Positions 47,277 to 56,827 of a stretch of DNA of 64,000 nt are shown here, piece after piece. The position numbers and the translations under genes are program-made. The DNA comes from an uncultured virus (IMG/VR IMGVR_UViG_3300032255_000165) (Duplodnaviria > Heunggongvirae > Uroviricota > Caudoviricetes), in IMG/VR virus record IMGVR_UViG_3300032255_000165. One strand, 5' to 3'. The notes under the pieces are model-generated. The model ran no database searches and was not told the DNA's origin. It worked only from the letters and a program-made list of their open reading frames with translations. Numbering within the stretch: position 1 is the first letter of the stretch; every line of letters starts with the position of its first letter.

Positions 47277-48050
47277 TCATCGGCGCAGGCCACGGCTGAC
47301 GCTACCCAGCGTGATCGGGGCACCGATGATTTCACCGTGTTCGGATAAATGTTCAAGCGCGCCCGAGCGCCGGGCGCCGCGTTTATCGGTTTTAAGGGCA
47401 TCAATCATGGCATCGACGAAGTTTTTTCGTAAATGTTTATCACTGATACGTACCGCTGTTTCTTCAAATTTCCAGCGCGGATCAATGCGGATACTTTTTT
47501 CCAAACGGTAAAGCATGACAATCGGCAACCGTTTGGCTTGAAAGCGGCGGCGGAATATCGCCTGTTTGCCGTTTTTCATAGTCACCAAAAATGGTTTGAT
47601 CGATTTCAGTTTTCCCTTGCCCCTTTTTTTACGGCGCGGGGTTTTTAATTTTGCCCGTTCGATCTGTCGCATGATGGTGGCGGGCTTGGCCCCGGCACGC
47701 ATCCCGGCCAACGTGCCACCGCGACGGACGGCATTTGTGGGCACAAAAATGGCAGGCAATTTACCGGGACGACGGATGCCGCCGGTTTCCTGATCCCTTA
47801 AAAACCAATCCTTGCTGCCGACATGAGCGACAAGACGGTTTTTTGTCGCTGGCATACGGCGGATACCCAACACGGTGCGCCCGTTGCGCAACAAAAACCG
47901 GTCGGGCATTTGCCGGATGACTTCTTTGCGGGCAATTTCCGCCGTTTGGTTGAGTGCAAAAGACAAAGCATAAGGAATATGTTTAACCTCGATATCGTTT
48001 AATAAGCCGATGATATCATCAAGATTGCTGTCAAGATCGATCGATAACAT
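47277..48050 (-). CDS. basic tail-completion-like (gpZ-like) protein
   Basis: IPYALSFALNQTA...; Arg/Lys-rich; located after the TMP. Confidence 0.55.
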   Translation of the reverse strand: MLSIDLDSNLDDIIGLLNDIEVKHIPYALSFALNQTAEIARKEVIRQMPDRFLLRNGRTVLGIRRMPATKNRLVAHVGSKDWFLRDQETGGIRRPGKLPAIFVPTNAVRRGGTLAGMRAGAKPATIMRQIERAKLKTPRRKKRGKGKLKSIKPFLVTMKNGKQAIFRRRFQAKRLPIVMLYRLEKSIRIDPRWKFEETAVRISDKHLRKNFVDAMIDALKTDKRGARRSGALEHLSEHGEIIGAPITLGSVSRGLRR

Positions 48051-48052
48051 AT

Positions 48053-49834
48053 TTATGATCCTGCCAAACCGCGGCCGACGTCCATTTCCGTTTCCAGCGC
48101 AAACGGATTGGGACCGGTTTGGGTGGTCTGGGTGCGCAGACCCGGCGGCGCGTTTTCAAAACGCACGGTGACCTGATTTTTACCACCCGAAGCCAGGGCT
48201 TGTGATTGAGGTGGCACCAACGTTGTAGCCGGTGCGGGTGCAAGTTTCGAGTTTGCCCCACCTGCAAAGGCCGTGGTCATGAAACCGGAACCGGCATCAA
48301 CAATTTTTTTAGAGGCCTGAACAGATGGCAAACCGGCAAAATCAGACAGGCCGCCATTGCGTTCAGCCAGTGCTTTATCAGAAAAGCCGAGTTTGGTCTG
48401 AATAAAATCCGGTAACAGAGCAATGATTCCTTTGACCTGATCACGGATCGGGTTAAAAATATTCCATCCCAAAAACCAGTCTTTCAAGTCAATAAAGAAA
48501 TCTTTAACCGCGCCCCAATTATCAATAATCAGAAAAGCCAATGTCGTCAAACCAAGCGCAATAGCACCGATAGGGTTGGTGACAATAGCCAGCTTGAGGG
48601 CTTGAAAAATTCCAACGCCGATGCGGACATTTTTAAAAAGCGAGACAAACAGGCCAATAGTCGAGGCCGCGGCCATGCCTGCCAGCCGAAGACCAGTGAC
48701 CCCCGTGACCACACCCAACTGCACAATACTGGTGATCACACTACCGATCGCCAAAAGCATTTGCGCATTTAAAATACCAACCACAACCAACAAAAAATTT
48801 CCCCAGCCGCCAACGGCGTCTTTGGCCCGCACCGTCCAGTCAAAAAACGATTTGATGTCGAAGGCGATTTCCGCCCAATTTATGCTTTTCAGCCAGACAA
48901 CCACAGATTTGACCGCATCACCGATTTTTTGTGCAATAAATTTTTCATTGAGCCGGATCAAATCGGCGATGGCCTTGATGTAAGGTTGAAGCATGGGCAT
49001 CAAATTTTTACCGATCGCCGTTGATAGATCGGATATGGCCGCCGTCATATTACGCCAGGTGTTTTCAAAACTGTCCGACGTACGGGCCGCATCGCCCTGG
49101 GCATCGGTTGTCGAGCGTAAAATAATATTCAAACGCGCCATCACTTTTTGTTGTTCGGTGGCGGCTTTGATCCCGCCCGACACGCCTAAATTCATCAATT
49201 CCTGTTTCAGGCTGGCCTGGGTAATCACGATGCCGAATTTGCGCACGGCTTCGTGGTTTCCGACCATGGCCGATGTCATAGACTCGACAGCTTCGGCAAC
49301 CGGGATATTTTTGAAACTGGATAAATCGACAGCAAGTTTGGTCATGGTTTTGGATAATTTTGCGCCCTGATCGCGGGCGAAACCGAGCGGCACAAAAGTG
49401 TCTTGAAATTGTGCCATGTAACCCATCAGATCAAACCGGGAACGGCCCAGAATTTCCGCCTGATTGTTGGCCCAGTCTTCAGCGCCTTTTGACGATTTTT
49501 TAAACACGGCTTCGAACATCGATGATTGTTCTTCGACCGCGCTGGCTTGCCTAACCGATGCGGCAAGGCCTGCGAAAATACCGCCCGCCGCAATCGATCC
49601 AAAAGCAAATAATTTTCGCACCCCGCCCATTGTCCGCCCCAGTTGGGCATTGAAATTTTTAAGACTGCCCCCCAAGGCACGGAACCGGTCACCCAACCGT
49701 TGAAAGCGCAAAACACGCGCCGTCAACGCCGCCTGACCCCGGAGTTTTTTCAATTGCGAGCCAATGGCCCGCATGGGTGCGGTGGCTTTGTTAATAGCGC
49801 TGAAGGCCATAGCAACTGAAAATGTTTTTGCCAT
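48053..49834 (-). CDS. tail tape measure protein
   Basis: AINKATAPM, GDAARTSDS, NPIG...NW repeats. Confidence 0.88.
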   Translation of the reverse strand: MAKTFSVAMAFSAINKATAPMRAIGSQLKKLRGQAALTARVLRFQRLGDRFRALGGSLKNFNAQLGRTMGGVRKLFAFGSIAAGGIFAGLAASVRQASAVEEQSSMFEAVFKKSSKGAEDWANNQAEILGRSRFDLMGYMAQFQDTFVPLGFARDQGAKLSKTMTKLAVDLSSFKNIPVAEAVESMTSAMVGNHEAVRKFGIVITQASLKQELMNLGVSGGIKAATEQQKVMARLNIILRSTTDAQGDAARTSDSFENTWRNMTAAISDLSTAIGKNLMPMLQPYIKAIADLIRLNEKFIAQKIGDAVKSVVVWLKSINWAEIAFDIKSFFDWTVRAKDAVGGWGNFLLVVVGILNAQMLLAIGSVITSIVQLGVVTGVTGLRLAGMAAASTIGLFVSLFKNVRIGVGIFQALKLAIVTNPIGAIALGLTTLAFLIIDNWGAVKDFFIDLKDWFLGWNIFNPIRDQVKGIIALLPDFIQTKLGFSDKALAERNGGLSDFAGLPSVQASKKIVDAGSGFMTTAFAGGANSKLAPAPATTLVPPQSQALASGGKNQVTVRFENAPPGLRTQTTQTGPNPFALETEMDVGRGLAGS

Positions 49835-49840
49835 GATAAA

Positions 49841-50005
49841 TTATTCTCCAGTTTTTTGTTGTTCACGGTTCCAGTTTGATGTTGCATCCAACGCAAACAA
49901 AAATTCCGTGACCGTCATATTTAAAACATCTTTTGGCAACCAGCCATGCTGACACATCAGTTTTCCGGAGAGGTCGTGCCAGTTGGTTGGGAGTCGTCCA
50001 AAAAA
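49841..50005 (-). CDS. gpE'-like extension made by -1 frameshift
   Basis: TTTTTTG slippery site 50005-49999; -1 frame GRLPTNWHDLSGKLMCQHGWLPKDVLNMTVTEFL... ends at 49841. Confidence 0.75.
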   Translation of the reverse strand, partial: FFGRLPTNWHDLSGKLMCQHGWLPKDVLNMTVTEFLFALDATSNWNREQQKTGE

Positions 50006-50262
50006 TCCTTGGCCCACTCCATCACCACGGTCATGTTACGGGCTGACATATTCATGAATTTATTGTGCGGGATGGTCAGGCAACAGCGCGCGGCCACATC
50101 CATAATTTGCCCACATTCAAGATCAGACAATTTCATTTTTGAAAAATCTTTGAGAGTGGGTTCACGCATTTCCAAAGTTGAAATTGTTTGATCCGTTTCA
50201 ACACCGTTTTCTTTGCTGGTGATCATGACCGGGGCGCGCAGGATGACTGTTTTAATTTCCAT
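49957..50262 (-). CDS. tail assembly chaperone (P2 gpE-like)
   Basis: LEMREPTLKD motif; between tube and TMP. Confidence 0.8.
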   Translation of the reverse strand: MEIKTVILRAPVMITSKENGVETDQTISTLEMREPTLKDFSKMKLSDLECGQIMDVAARCCLTIPHNKFMNMSARNMTVVMEWAKDFLDDSQPTGTTSPEN

Positions 50263-50263
50263 T

Positions 50264-50614
50264 TTAACGCACCTCTTTGCCGGTGATACCTTCGTAACGA
50301 ACTGTGATTTTTGATGCGTCCGGTTCAATTTTACCGACCAATCCGGCACCGGATAAAGTCACCGTGCGGTCACGAAGGCGCAACAAAACAATTTCATTTC
50401 TAACCCGCAGATCGGAAGAATCCTGGGTTTCATCCAGCAACACCGTGCATTCGATGTAGGCGGCGGATCCTTTTTCTGTATCGCCGACTTTACCGGCGGC
50501 GCCCAAAATGCTTTCGCTTTCGATTGAATCAACAGAATATTTTGCACCATCGCTTTCAATGTTGTAATCAACACCGCCGACGGTCAGGCCCAAGGCCCCA
50601 GCTTTTACAGCCAT
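50264..50614 (-). CDS. tail tube protein (Mu gpM-like)
   Basis: AYIECTV, TVRYEG; follows the sheath. Confidence 0.8.
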   Translation of the reverse strand: MAVKAGALGLTVGGVDYNIESDGAKYSVDSIESESILGAAGKVGDTEKGSAAYIECTVLLDETQDSSDLRVRNEIVLLRLRDRTVTLSGAGLVGKIEPDASKITVRYEGITGKEVR

Positions 50615-50652
50615 TTGAGAACTCCTTCAATAAATTTTGAAATGATTTTATA

Positions 50653-52191
50653 TTATGCGGACTGGCTATCCGGCCAGGCGAGGCTGAATGCAATTTGCGC
50701 GGCAAACACAATCAACGGATTTGCCAAATCCGGGGTATATTTGACATTCAGGCGCGTGGCATCACCACCGCTTGCGGAATCGCGCGACACAATCAGGCGT
50801 TTTTCAAATTCATCAATATTTTCAACCAGACCCAACGGCATTAACCGATCGGCATAATGGGCAACCATGGTCGCCTTGGCTTTGGCCGGTGTGCAATAAG
50901 GAATGCCCGCGCCCACAGGTGTGCCATCATCGACCAGAATAGAACGGGTCAGGATGTAGGTGTTTTCAATAATAAAACGCAATTCACGGACGATACGGGT
51001 GATCGTCGCCGGGGTGGTGACATCAAGAAAGCTGTTGTCCGGTTGCCCGTAGGCGTTTTTTTGATAGGTTGTAATGGCGCGGTCAATGACAACGCCGCCA
51101 TCCGATGTCGGCAAGAGGGTTGAAATCCCGGCATAAAGCAACGCCTGACGATCAGACCATGTAAAAGCGCTTTGTTTTGGGGGTGCCATTTCCCCGACCA
51201 GTTTAAGTGTGTGCAACGGGCGCCCCGGATGATTGGTCAAGGCTCTTGAAGCTTGAGCGGTAAAATTAACCGCTGTTTTCCAATCCGGGAGAGGAAAATC
51301 AAACTTACCACAAATACTGACGTATTTTCCGTTGCGGTTTTGACCGTATGTGACCAGTTCGGAAAGAGTGCCGGATTTTGCGGTAAAAACTTCGCCGTTA
51401 AGTTGACGCGTTGGCCCCCATCGGCTGGACATTTCCCCGTCCCAGTCATCAAGAGAGGCATCGTCGGTATAAGCAACAGCAATGAAATCATATTCACTGT
51501 CGCCCATAGCCGTAATCGCCGGGGTCTGATCCGGGTTACCGGCGCCGCCTGCCAAAGAACCATCACCGGGGATTGTTATTGTCAAACCCGCAGGCGTTGT
51601 TTCACCGGCGTCCGTGCCCCTGAAATTCAATTGCAGGCGCAAGCTGTTGGCGGCTTCGCCTTTGTGGCGGGCGGTGACGGTAACCACGCCCAGCGCGCTT
51701 GTCGCCGTGACCATTAAATCTGCGTTGGCGTTGATGGCCGCCGCGATTGATGCGGCAACGACGGTTTCATTGTCACCAATGGCAACAGCCGCCTGAACAC
51801 GCACCCCACCGATATAAAGTTGAACAATGCCCGCGGCCGTTGCCGTGCCGACCACGGTGACGTCAAGGGTGGCGGCGACCCCGGCTGGATTATCATCCAG
51901 GGCAATGACGTAAAGCGTTGAAGTTGGATTGCCTTTTCTGAAATTCAGGACCATGTCGGCGGCCATCGAGCCTTGTCCGAAAAAGGTACGCGCACCGTCG
52001 CCGTTACCGGGGATCAGTTGCGGGATGCCTGCCAGAACAGTGCCGCTTGGCAAACGTTGTCCGACGATCAAAACCGGTGAATTAATCTGGAACGATCCGG
52101 CACCGGAGCCGTCAATTTCGGCCATAAAACCGGATGGTCGCCCGTTTGCCGGGATTTCGTTAAAAGCTTCGGAAGGCATTAAATCAGCCAT
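50653..52191 (-). CDS. contractile tail sheath protein
   Basis: FNEIP, FGQGSM, RHKGEAAN, PGRPLHTL, ITTYQKN, PDLAN. Confidence 0.92.
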   Translation of the reverse strand: MADLMPSEAFNEIPANGRPSGFMAEIDGSGAGSFQINSPVLIVGQRLPSGTVLAGIPQLIPGNGDGARTFFGQGSMAADMVLNFRKGNPTSTLYVIALDDNPAGVAATLDVTVVGTATAAGIVQLYIGGVRVQAAVAIGDNETVVAASIAAAINANADLMVTATSALGVVTVTARHKGEAANSLRLQLNFRGTDAGETTPAGLTITIPGDGSLAGGAGNPDQTPAITAMGDSEYDFIAVAYTDDASLDDWDGEMSSRWGPTRQLNGEVFTAKSGTLSELVTYGQNRNGKYVSICGKFDFPLPDWKTAVNFTAQASRALTNHPGRPLHTLKLVGEMAPPKQSAFTWSDRQALLYAGISTLLPTSDGGVVIDRAITTYQKNAYGQPDNSFLDVTTPATITRIVRELRFIIENTYILTRSILVDDGTPVGAGIPYCTPAKAKATMVAHYADRLMPLGLVENIDEFEKRLIVSRDSASGGDATRLNVKYTPDLANPLIVFAAQIAFSLAWPDSQSA

Positions 52192-52234
52192 GACTGGGTC
52201 TCCTGTCAAATAATTTCAAAATATAAAAACGCAT

Positions 52235-52645
52235 TCAGGCCGCGGATGAATTTTCAAAGGCATATCCGCATTCGGCTTCGGTGACGTCATAGCCAAGTTT
52301 TTGACTGACAACTTTTTCCTTGGGCGGACCGGCCTTGGTAAAATCGGATTTGTTTAAAGTCGGCATCAAATTTTGGATATCTTTGATGATCTGATCATCA
52401 CCGGGACGGGCGGATGATTTGCCGGGGTGTTTTTCATCCGGGTCATCGACCAAAACAAGATCGCCCATCACGCCACCGGCGACACCCATAGGCGGTGGCG
52501 GCAACAAACGAAGGATGCCCGGGATTTTCAAATCCGCCGGGGGCAAATCAAAGACCCCGTCCGGGAAAGGTTTTCCGGTAACAGGATGAAGAACAACAAG
52601 CGGGCGCAAACCCAGTTTGTGGTTTGGGTTTTTCATGACAAACAT
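52235..52645 (-). CDS. hypothetical virion protein (gp38-like position)
   Basis: AAAGGA RBS; HPVTGKPFP...GDLV. Confidence 0.6.
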   Translation of the reverse strand: MFVMKNPNHKLGLRPLVVLHPVTGKPFPDGVFDLPPADLKIPGILRLLPPPPMGVAGGVMGDLVLVDDPDEKHPGKSSARPGDDQIIKDIQNLMPTLNKSDFTKAGPPKEKVVSQKLGYDVTEAECGYAFENSSAA

Positions 52646-52663
52646 GATGGTTTCCTTTGTAAT

Positions 52664-53194
52664 TTATGGTGCAGTCAAAATTTGGCTCAGTTCCGGATCA
52701 AGCGTTTGATCGGTTTGGTCCGGATTGTTGACGTCGATAGCGACGGTTAACAAATCATCGGCATTGGCGATGACATATTCATCCGGATCGGCGACGCGAC
52801 AGGTCATTTCAATAACTTCGCCGACAAAAGGTTTGTGGGCCTTGTCTTCGAGGTATTGCTGAACCCGGAAATCAGGCGCGGACACCCAGCGCCCGGTCCA
52901 TGCCGGGTCCGTGAACAAGACATTTTTAACCTGTTCCACAATCACGCCCGTCTTCAAATCCCAGTCCGTACTGTCGGACAGGCGGATTTCGATCATCAGC
53001 GTCACTGTCATTTGATATTGCGGGTGACCGGCACCCAACGGGGTGCCGGTTTCCGTTGGTGCGTACACACAAATGGCCGGTAGTTTTCCTTCGTCCACGG
53101 CAGCAACGCGGGAGCGAAACACATTATTTCCACAATTTGTTTTACCCAACAGCCGGGTTGTCAAATCATCCAGATGATCAAGACGGGAAGGCAT
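52664..53194 (-). CDS. tail terminator-like protein
   Basis: VFRSR...LPAICVY motif; synteny. Confidence 0.65.
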   Translation of the reverse strand: MPSRLDHLDDLTTRLLGKTNCGNNVFRSRVAAVDEGKLPAICVYAPTETGTPLGAGHPQYQMTVTLMIEIRLSDSTDWDLKTGVIVEQVKNVLFTDPAWTGRWVSAPDFRVQQYLEDKAHKPFVGEVIEMTCRVADPDEYVIANADDLLTVAIDVNNPDQTDQTLDPELSQILTAP

Positions 53195-53199
53195 TGATT

Positions 53200-53520
53200 T
53201 TAACTTTCATGAAGCTGTAAAACGGCGAAACCTTCGCCGTCATCATCAACCGAAACGATGCGCCACGATTTTCCGGAAAAGGTCACGCCATCATCAATGC
53301 GCATTTGAACACCCAAAAGTCCTGATTGTGACAACCGCACGGCCAGCGTTTCAATACGGGTCTGCGCCGAACTTTCGCCGTCATCGACCAGCACCGATTG
53401 CCGCCGGTAATCACCGATCAGTCCCTGAACCGGGATGCCGGTCTGGGGAACAAAATCAAAAGTGATGGCAGCAAAGGCATCGGCGACGGCCTGGTTAAGA
53501 GGTTCGAAATCGACGGTCAT
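53200..53520 (-). CDS. head-tail joining protein (gpFII-like)
   Basis: WRIVSVDDDGEG...L.L motif; synteny. Confidence 0.65.
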   Translation of the reverse strand: MTVDFEPLNQAVADAFAAITFDFVPQTGIPVQGLIGDYRRQSVLVDDGESSAQTRIETLAVRLSQSGLLGVQMRIDDGVTFSGKSWRIVSVDDDGEGFAVLQLHES

Positions 53521-53526
53521 GACGGG

Positions 53527-53745
53527 TTATTCAACAAAACCATCCGGCGGCGGAGTAGAGACGCCGTCATCATTGTTATTTTGTTCAGATTCTGACGTCG
53601 GTTCAGGTGCCGGTTTGGGATCGGGTTTTGACGCCAGTCCGGCATCAATCAATTGCTTCGCGGTTTTTTTATCAACATTGATAATGTCACCAGGGGCAGC
53701 AAATTGCCCGTCCACTTTAATTGATTTTACACATTTGATTTTCAT
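53527..53745 (-). CDS. small hypothetical protein after capsid
   Basis: PGDIINVDKKTAKQLIDAGLA; AAAGGA RBS. Confidence 0.65.
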   Translation of the reverse strand: MKIKCVKSIKVDGQFAAPGDIINVDKKTAKQLIDAGLASKPDPKPAPEPTSESEQNNNDDGVSTPPPDGFVE

Positions 53746-53835
53746 TTTGAACTTTCCTTTTACTGGTTTTTTAAATCCCCGGTCCCGGTGAATTCTGCGG
53801 ACCGGGGATCGGTTCAGATCATGTCAGATATCGGT

Positions 53836-54879
53836 TTACAAACCGTCATGAACCGTCATCGTTGCCGACGCATTGGGCCGGGATGGCACAACTAAAGGCG
53901 CTGATTGCGTCATCACAAATTCCGCAACCGGGTCTTCGGAAATCCAGTTGGTCGGGAATGTTTCAACGGCAGCAAATCCGGCGCGGGGATCATTAATGGC
54001 ACCTTGAGCCTGGACACCTTCGAGGCCATCGATTGAGGCGGCGATGACCGTATAATCCGGCAGGAACTGTTGATTGGCCCCGGCATCATCGGTAAAGCTT
54101 TGCTGATAAACCCATAAATTAAAACGCCCAAGGCTACCGACATAGCTGGACGCTTGTTCCCCCGTACCCAAAGCCACAGGACCCAATTCAACAGAACCCG
54201 TCGCTTGCCGACGATTATCCAGAACCGCCAGAAAATTTGCGTCAAGACGGGCTTTTGTCCATGCCTTGGGATCCATAACGATGGTGGTGGCCGCGGCACC
54301 GGATTTGGTTTGTGTCAATCCGGCCAGGTTTTCAAGATCATCAATAACAGCACTTGCCGACTCGCCCCAACGGGCGGTGCCGACGGCGGTGACATCCAGA
54401 GCAGCATCACGGCCAAAATCAACTTCCTGTTTTGGGTAATCTTCGCCTTCGACAACGACTTTACCGGTTGTCAGAACCTGTGCCGCCATCCATTCCTTGC
54501 GCCGCTTGATCATTTCAAGCTGGGTTAACAGCAAATCGGAAATAATGGCATCGCGGCGTTCAGACGGCGACAAATCGCCACCGATGCGTTCCCCGGCCCG
54601 GCGTTTTAAAGGCCGTGACGCATCGACCTTGTTTTTCGGTTTCACATAGGCCGGTTTGAAGCTTTTGGTGGTAAAGCCCCGATCAAGTACGGGCCGACCC
54701 GCGACAAGAGGTGAAACGAACGGGGCCAGACCTTGATTTTTTGTCAATAAATCAAAATCAATCATTTCCGTCTCGAACGGCATTACGAAAGGGAAAAACG
54801 TATCCAGCAAAAAGGACGACGGCTGACGCAATTCAGCGACGACGGCCGCCAATTGCCGGGTGGTGTAAATATCAAACAT
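53836..54879 (-). CDS. major capsid protein (lambda gpE family)
   Basis: LAPFVSPLV.G, FKPAYVKPK, RRKEWMAAQ, QSAPL. Confidence 0.92.
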   Translation of the reverse strand: MFDIYTTRQLAAVVAELRQPSSFLLDTFFPFVMPFETEMIDFDLLTKNQGLAPFVSPLVAGRPVLDRGFTTKSFKPAYVKPKNKVDASRPLKRRAGERIGGDLSPSERRDAIISDLLLTQLEMIKRRKEWMAAQVLTTGKVVVEGEDYPKQEVDFGRDAALDVTAVGTARWGESASAVIDDLENLAGLTQTKSGAAATTIVMDPKAWTKARLDANFLAVLDNRRQATGSVELGPVALGTGEQASSYVGSLGRFNLWVYQQSFTDDAGANQQFLPDYTVIAASIDGLEGVQAQGAINDPRAGFAAVETFPTNWISEDPVAEFVMTQSAPLVVPSRPNASATMTVHDGL

Positions 54880-54911
54880 TTAGGGTCTCCTGAAAAATGG
54901 GGATAAAAAAA

Positions 54912-55271
54912 TTAAACGGCAGTACGCAAGAACATAGGCGTTCCTTCGAAGGCGGTTTTTGTCGCGGCAGCGTCGATACCGGTGCCGTAAACCAGAAAGT
55001 TCGGGTCAAACTGTCCCGATTTATAAACCGGCACAACCAAATCAGCGGCGGAAGCATCGGCATCAACCGGCAGGATCGCCACCGGAACATCAGAGCCATC
55101 GACGGCAGCCGCCAGAGCCAATGTCAATTTACCGCCGACGGTGATGCGGCCAAGGACTGCGCCACGGGCCAGATTTTGTCCGGCAATCAAAGTTTCCGGT
55201 TCGGTAATTTGCGGATAATCGCCGCTGATCAGTTGGTCGGGAGTGTAAGTATTGGTTTCCTGTAAAGGCAT
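54912..55271 (-). CDS. head decoration protein (gpD family)
   Basis: PDQLI.GD, GAVLG, DGS, YKSGQF. Confidence 0.85.
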   Translation of the reverse strand: MPLQETNTYTPDQLISGDYPQITEPETLIAGQNLARGAVLGRITVGGKLTLALAAAVDGSDVPVAILPVDADASAADLVVPVYKSGQFDPNFLVYGTGIDAAATKTAFEGTPMFLRTAV

Positions 55272-55305
55272 GGATTTGTTCCTTTATAAAAGTTTTAATT
55301 TATGT

Positions 55306-56787
55306 TTAACGGGGCGGGGTTTGCCCGGTTGCTTTGTTGTAGGAATGGATAATATTCGCCGCCACCGCATCATCACCGGTCAGCGAAGCAGGAACGTCAC
55401 CACCACCATCAACGTCAACGGCACCGGCGTTGTTCATGGCCGCTGCCAGCCCGGTTGATTGGTCCGCACCGGCGGCGGTTAACAATTCATCGGCATCGGC
55501 GACGGACATACCGGGCCGGAACGCCAATTTATTGGCAAGAGCAGCTTTGCTTTGCGCCGACGGCAACGCCAGAATGGACTGGGCCCGTTTCAGGGCCGCT
55601 TCGGCGGTTTCCGGCTGGTCCTTTTTCCCGTCTTTGGTAGCGGTAGTGTTTTCATTGTCTTTGTTGTCTTTTTCAGCATCACTGTCGGCGGTTTTTTGGG
55701 GCTGGTCTTTATCCGCCGAAGTTTCGTCTTCGTTTTTGTCTTCGTTTTTGTTTTCCGGATCGATTTCGTTCGGGTTTTCCGGTTGGCTATCGGCGGCACG
55801 AAGTCCGCGCAGGCTTGAGGCGTGATGTTTCATGGTCAGTTCCTTTGTGGTGGTGGTGGATTGGATGACGGCAGACGATAAAGCCCGACCATCGGTTTCA
55901 AGAAAATTTACAAATTCGGACAAAGCGTCAGCGGGCGACAACACCCGGTCGGCAAGATTGGCGGCAACAGCGTCGGCACCATAAAAAACCTGTGCTTCGG
56001 TATCCAATGCACCCCGGGTGCCAAGGGATGGCCGTCCGCGGCCAACGGTTTCGGCAAAAAGCGCGCGTACGGTTTCAACCCGTTTCTGAATTTCAGTGCG
56101 GACCGTTTCCGGCAATGGCTGATACATGTTGCCGTCAATTTTATGGGCGCCGCCGTGGATCATTGTAATTTTTACGCCGTCAGATTTAAGCAATTCCGAT
56201 AAATCGGTGTGCATCATCACCACACCGATGGACCCGGCCAATCCGGTGCGGGGCACGGTGATGGTATGGCATTGTGACGCCAATGCGTAAGCCGCCGATG
56301 CGGACATTTCATCCAGGATTGCCCACACCGGTTTATCCAGACCGACGGCATAAATATCGTCGGCTAATTCAAAACAGCCGTGGACTTCCCCGCCCGGGGA
56401 ATTGATGTGAAGAGCGACGCCTTTAATGGATGTGTCTTCGTGAGCGGCAATCAGTTTTTCACGGATGCCGTCATAGCCGGTCATGCCGGATGACGGGTGC
56501 AGGCCATTTCTGGCAACAAGGGTGCCTTCGACCGGGATGACGGCAATGCCGTCAATGACATCACAGATTTCAGCGACGCCACCCGCAGACATGTCGGACA
56601 GAACATGCCCAGATTGGGCATGACCAGACCCCGCCGCGAGGTCAATGTTTTCAAAATCAACAGCGCCCGTCATGTCAACGGTTACGCCCTGGCGCGCCGT
56701 CAGCACAGATAACAGCGTGTGCGCTTTTTCAGGGGTGATCATCAGCGGACAACCGACCAGGCGGTTCCACAGGTTTTGATAACGCAT
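55306..56787 (-). CDS. S49 prohead protease (lambda gpC-like) with nested scaffold from 55833
   Basis: INSPGG, SASAAYALAS, GSIGV, HKIDG; internal ATG 55833 with AAAGGA RBS. Confidence 0.9.
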   Translation of the reverse strand: MRYQNLWNRLVGCPLMITPEKAHTLLSVLTARQGVTVDMTGAVDFENIDLAAGSGHAQSGHVLSDMSAGGVAEICDVIDGIAVIPVEGTLVARNGLHPSSGMTGYDGIREKLIAAHEDTSIKGVALHINSPGGEVHGCFELADDIYAVGLDKPVWAILDEMSASAAYALASQCHTITVPRTGLAGSIGVVMMHTDLSELLKSDGVKITMIHGGAHKIDGNMYQPLPETVRTEIQKRVETVRALFAETVGRGRPSLGTRGALDTEAQVFYGADAVAANLADRVLSPADALSEFVNFLETDGRALSSAVIQSTTTTKELTMKHHASSLRGLRAADSQPENPNEIDPENKNEDKNEDETSADKDQPQKTADSDAEKDNKDNENTTATKDGKKDQPETAEAALKRAQSILALPSAQSKAALANKLAFRPGMSVADADELLTAAGADQSTGLAAAMNNAGAVDVDGGGDVPASLTGDDAVAANIIHSYNKATGQTPPR

Positions 56788-56827
56788 GATTGGTTCCATT
56801 TTTAAATTATCGGTGCAGATAGACAGA

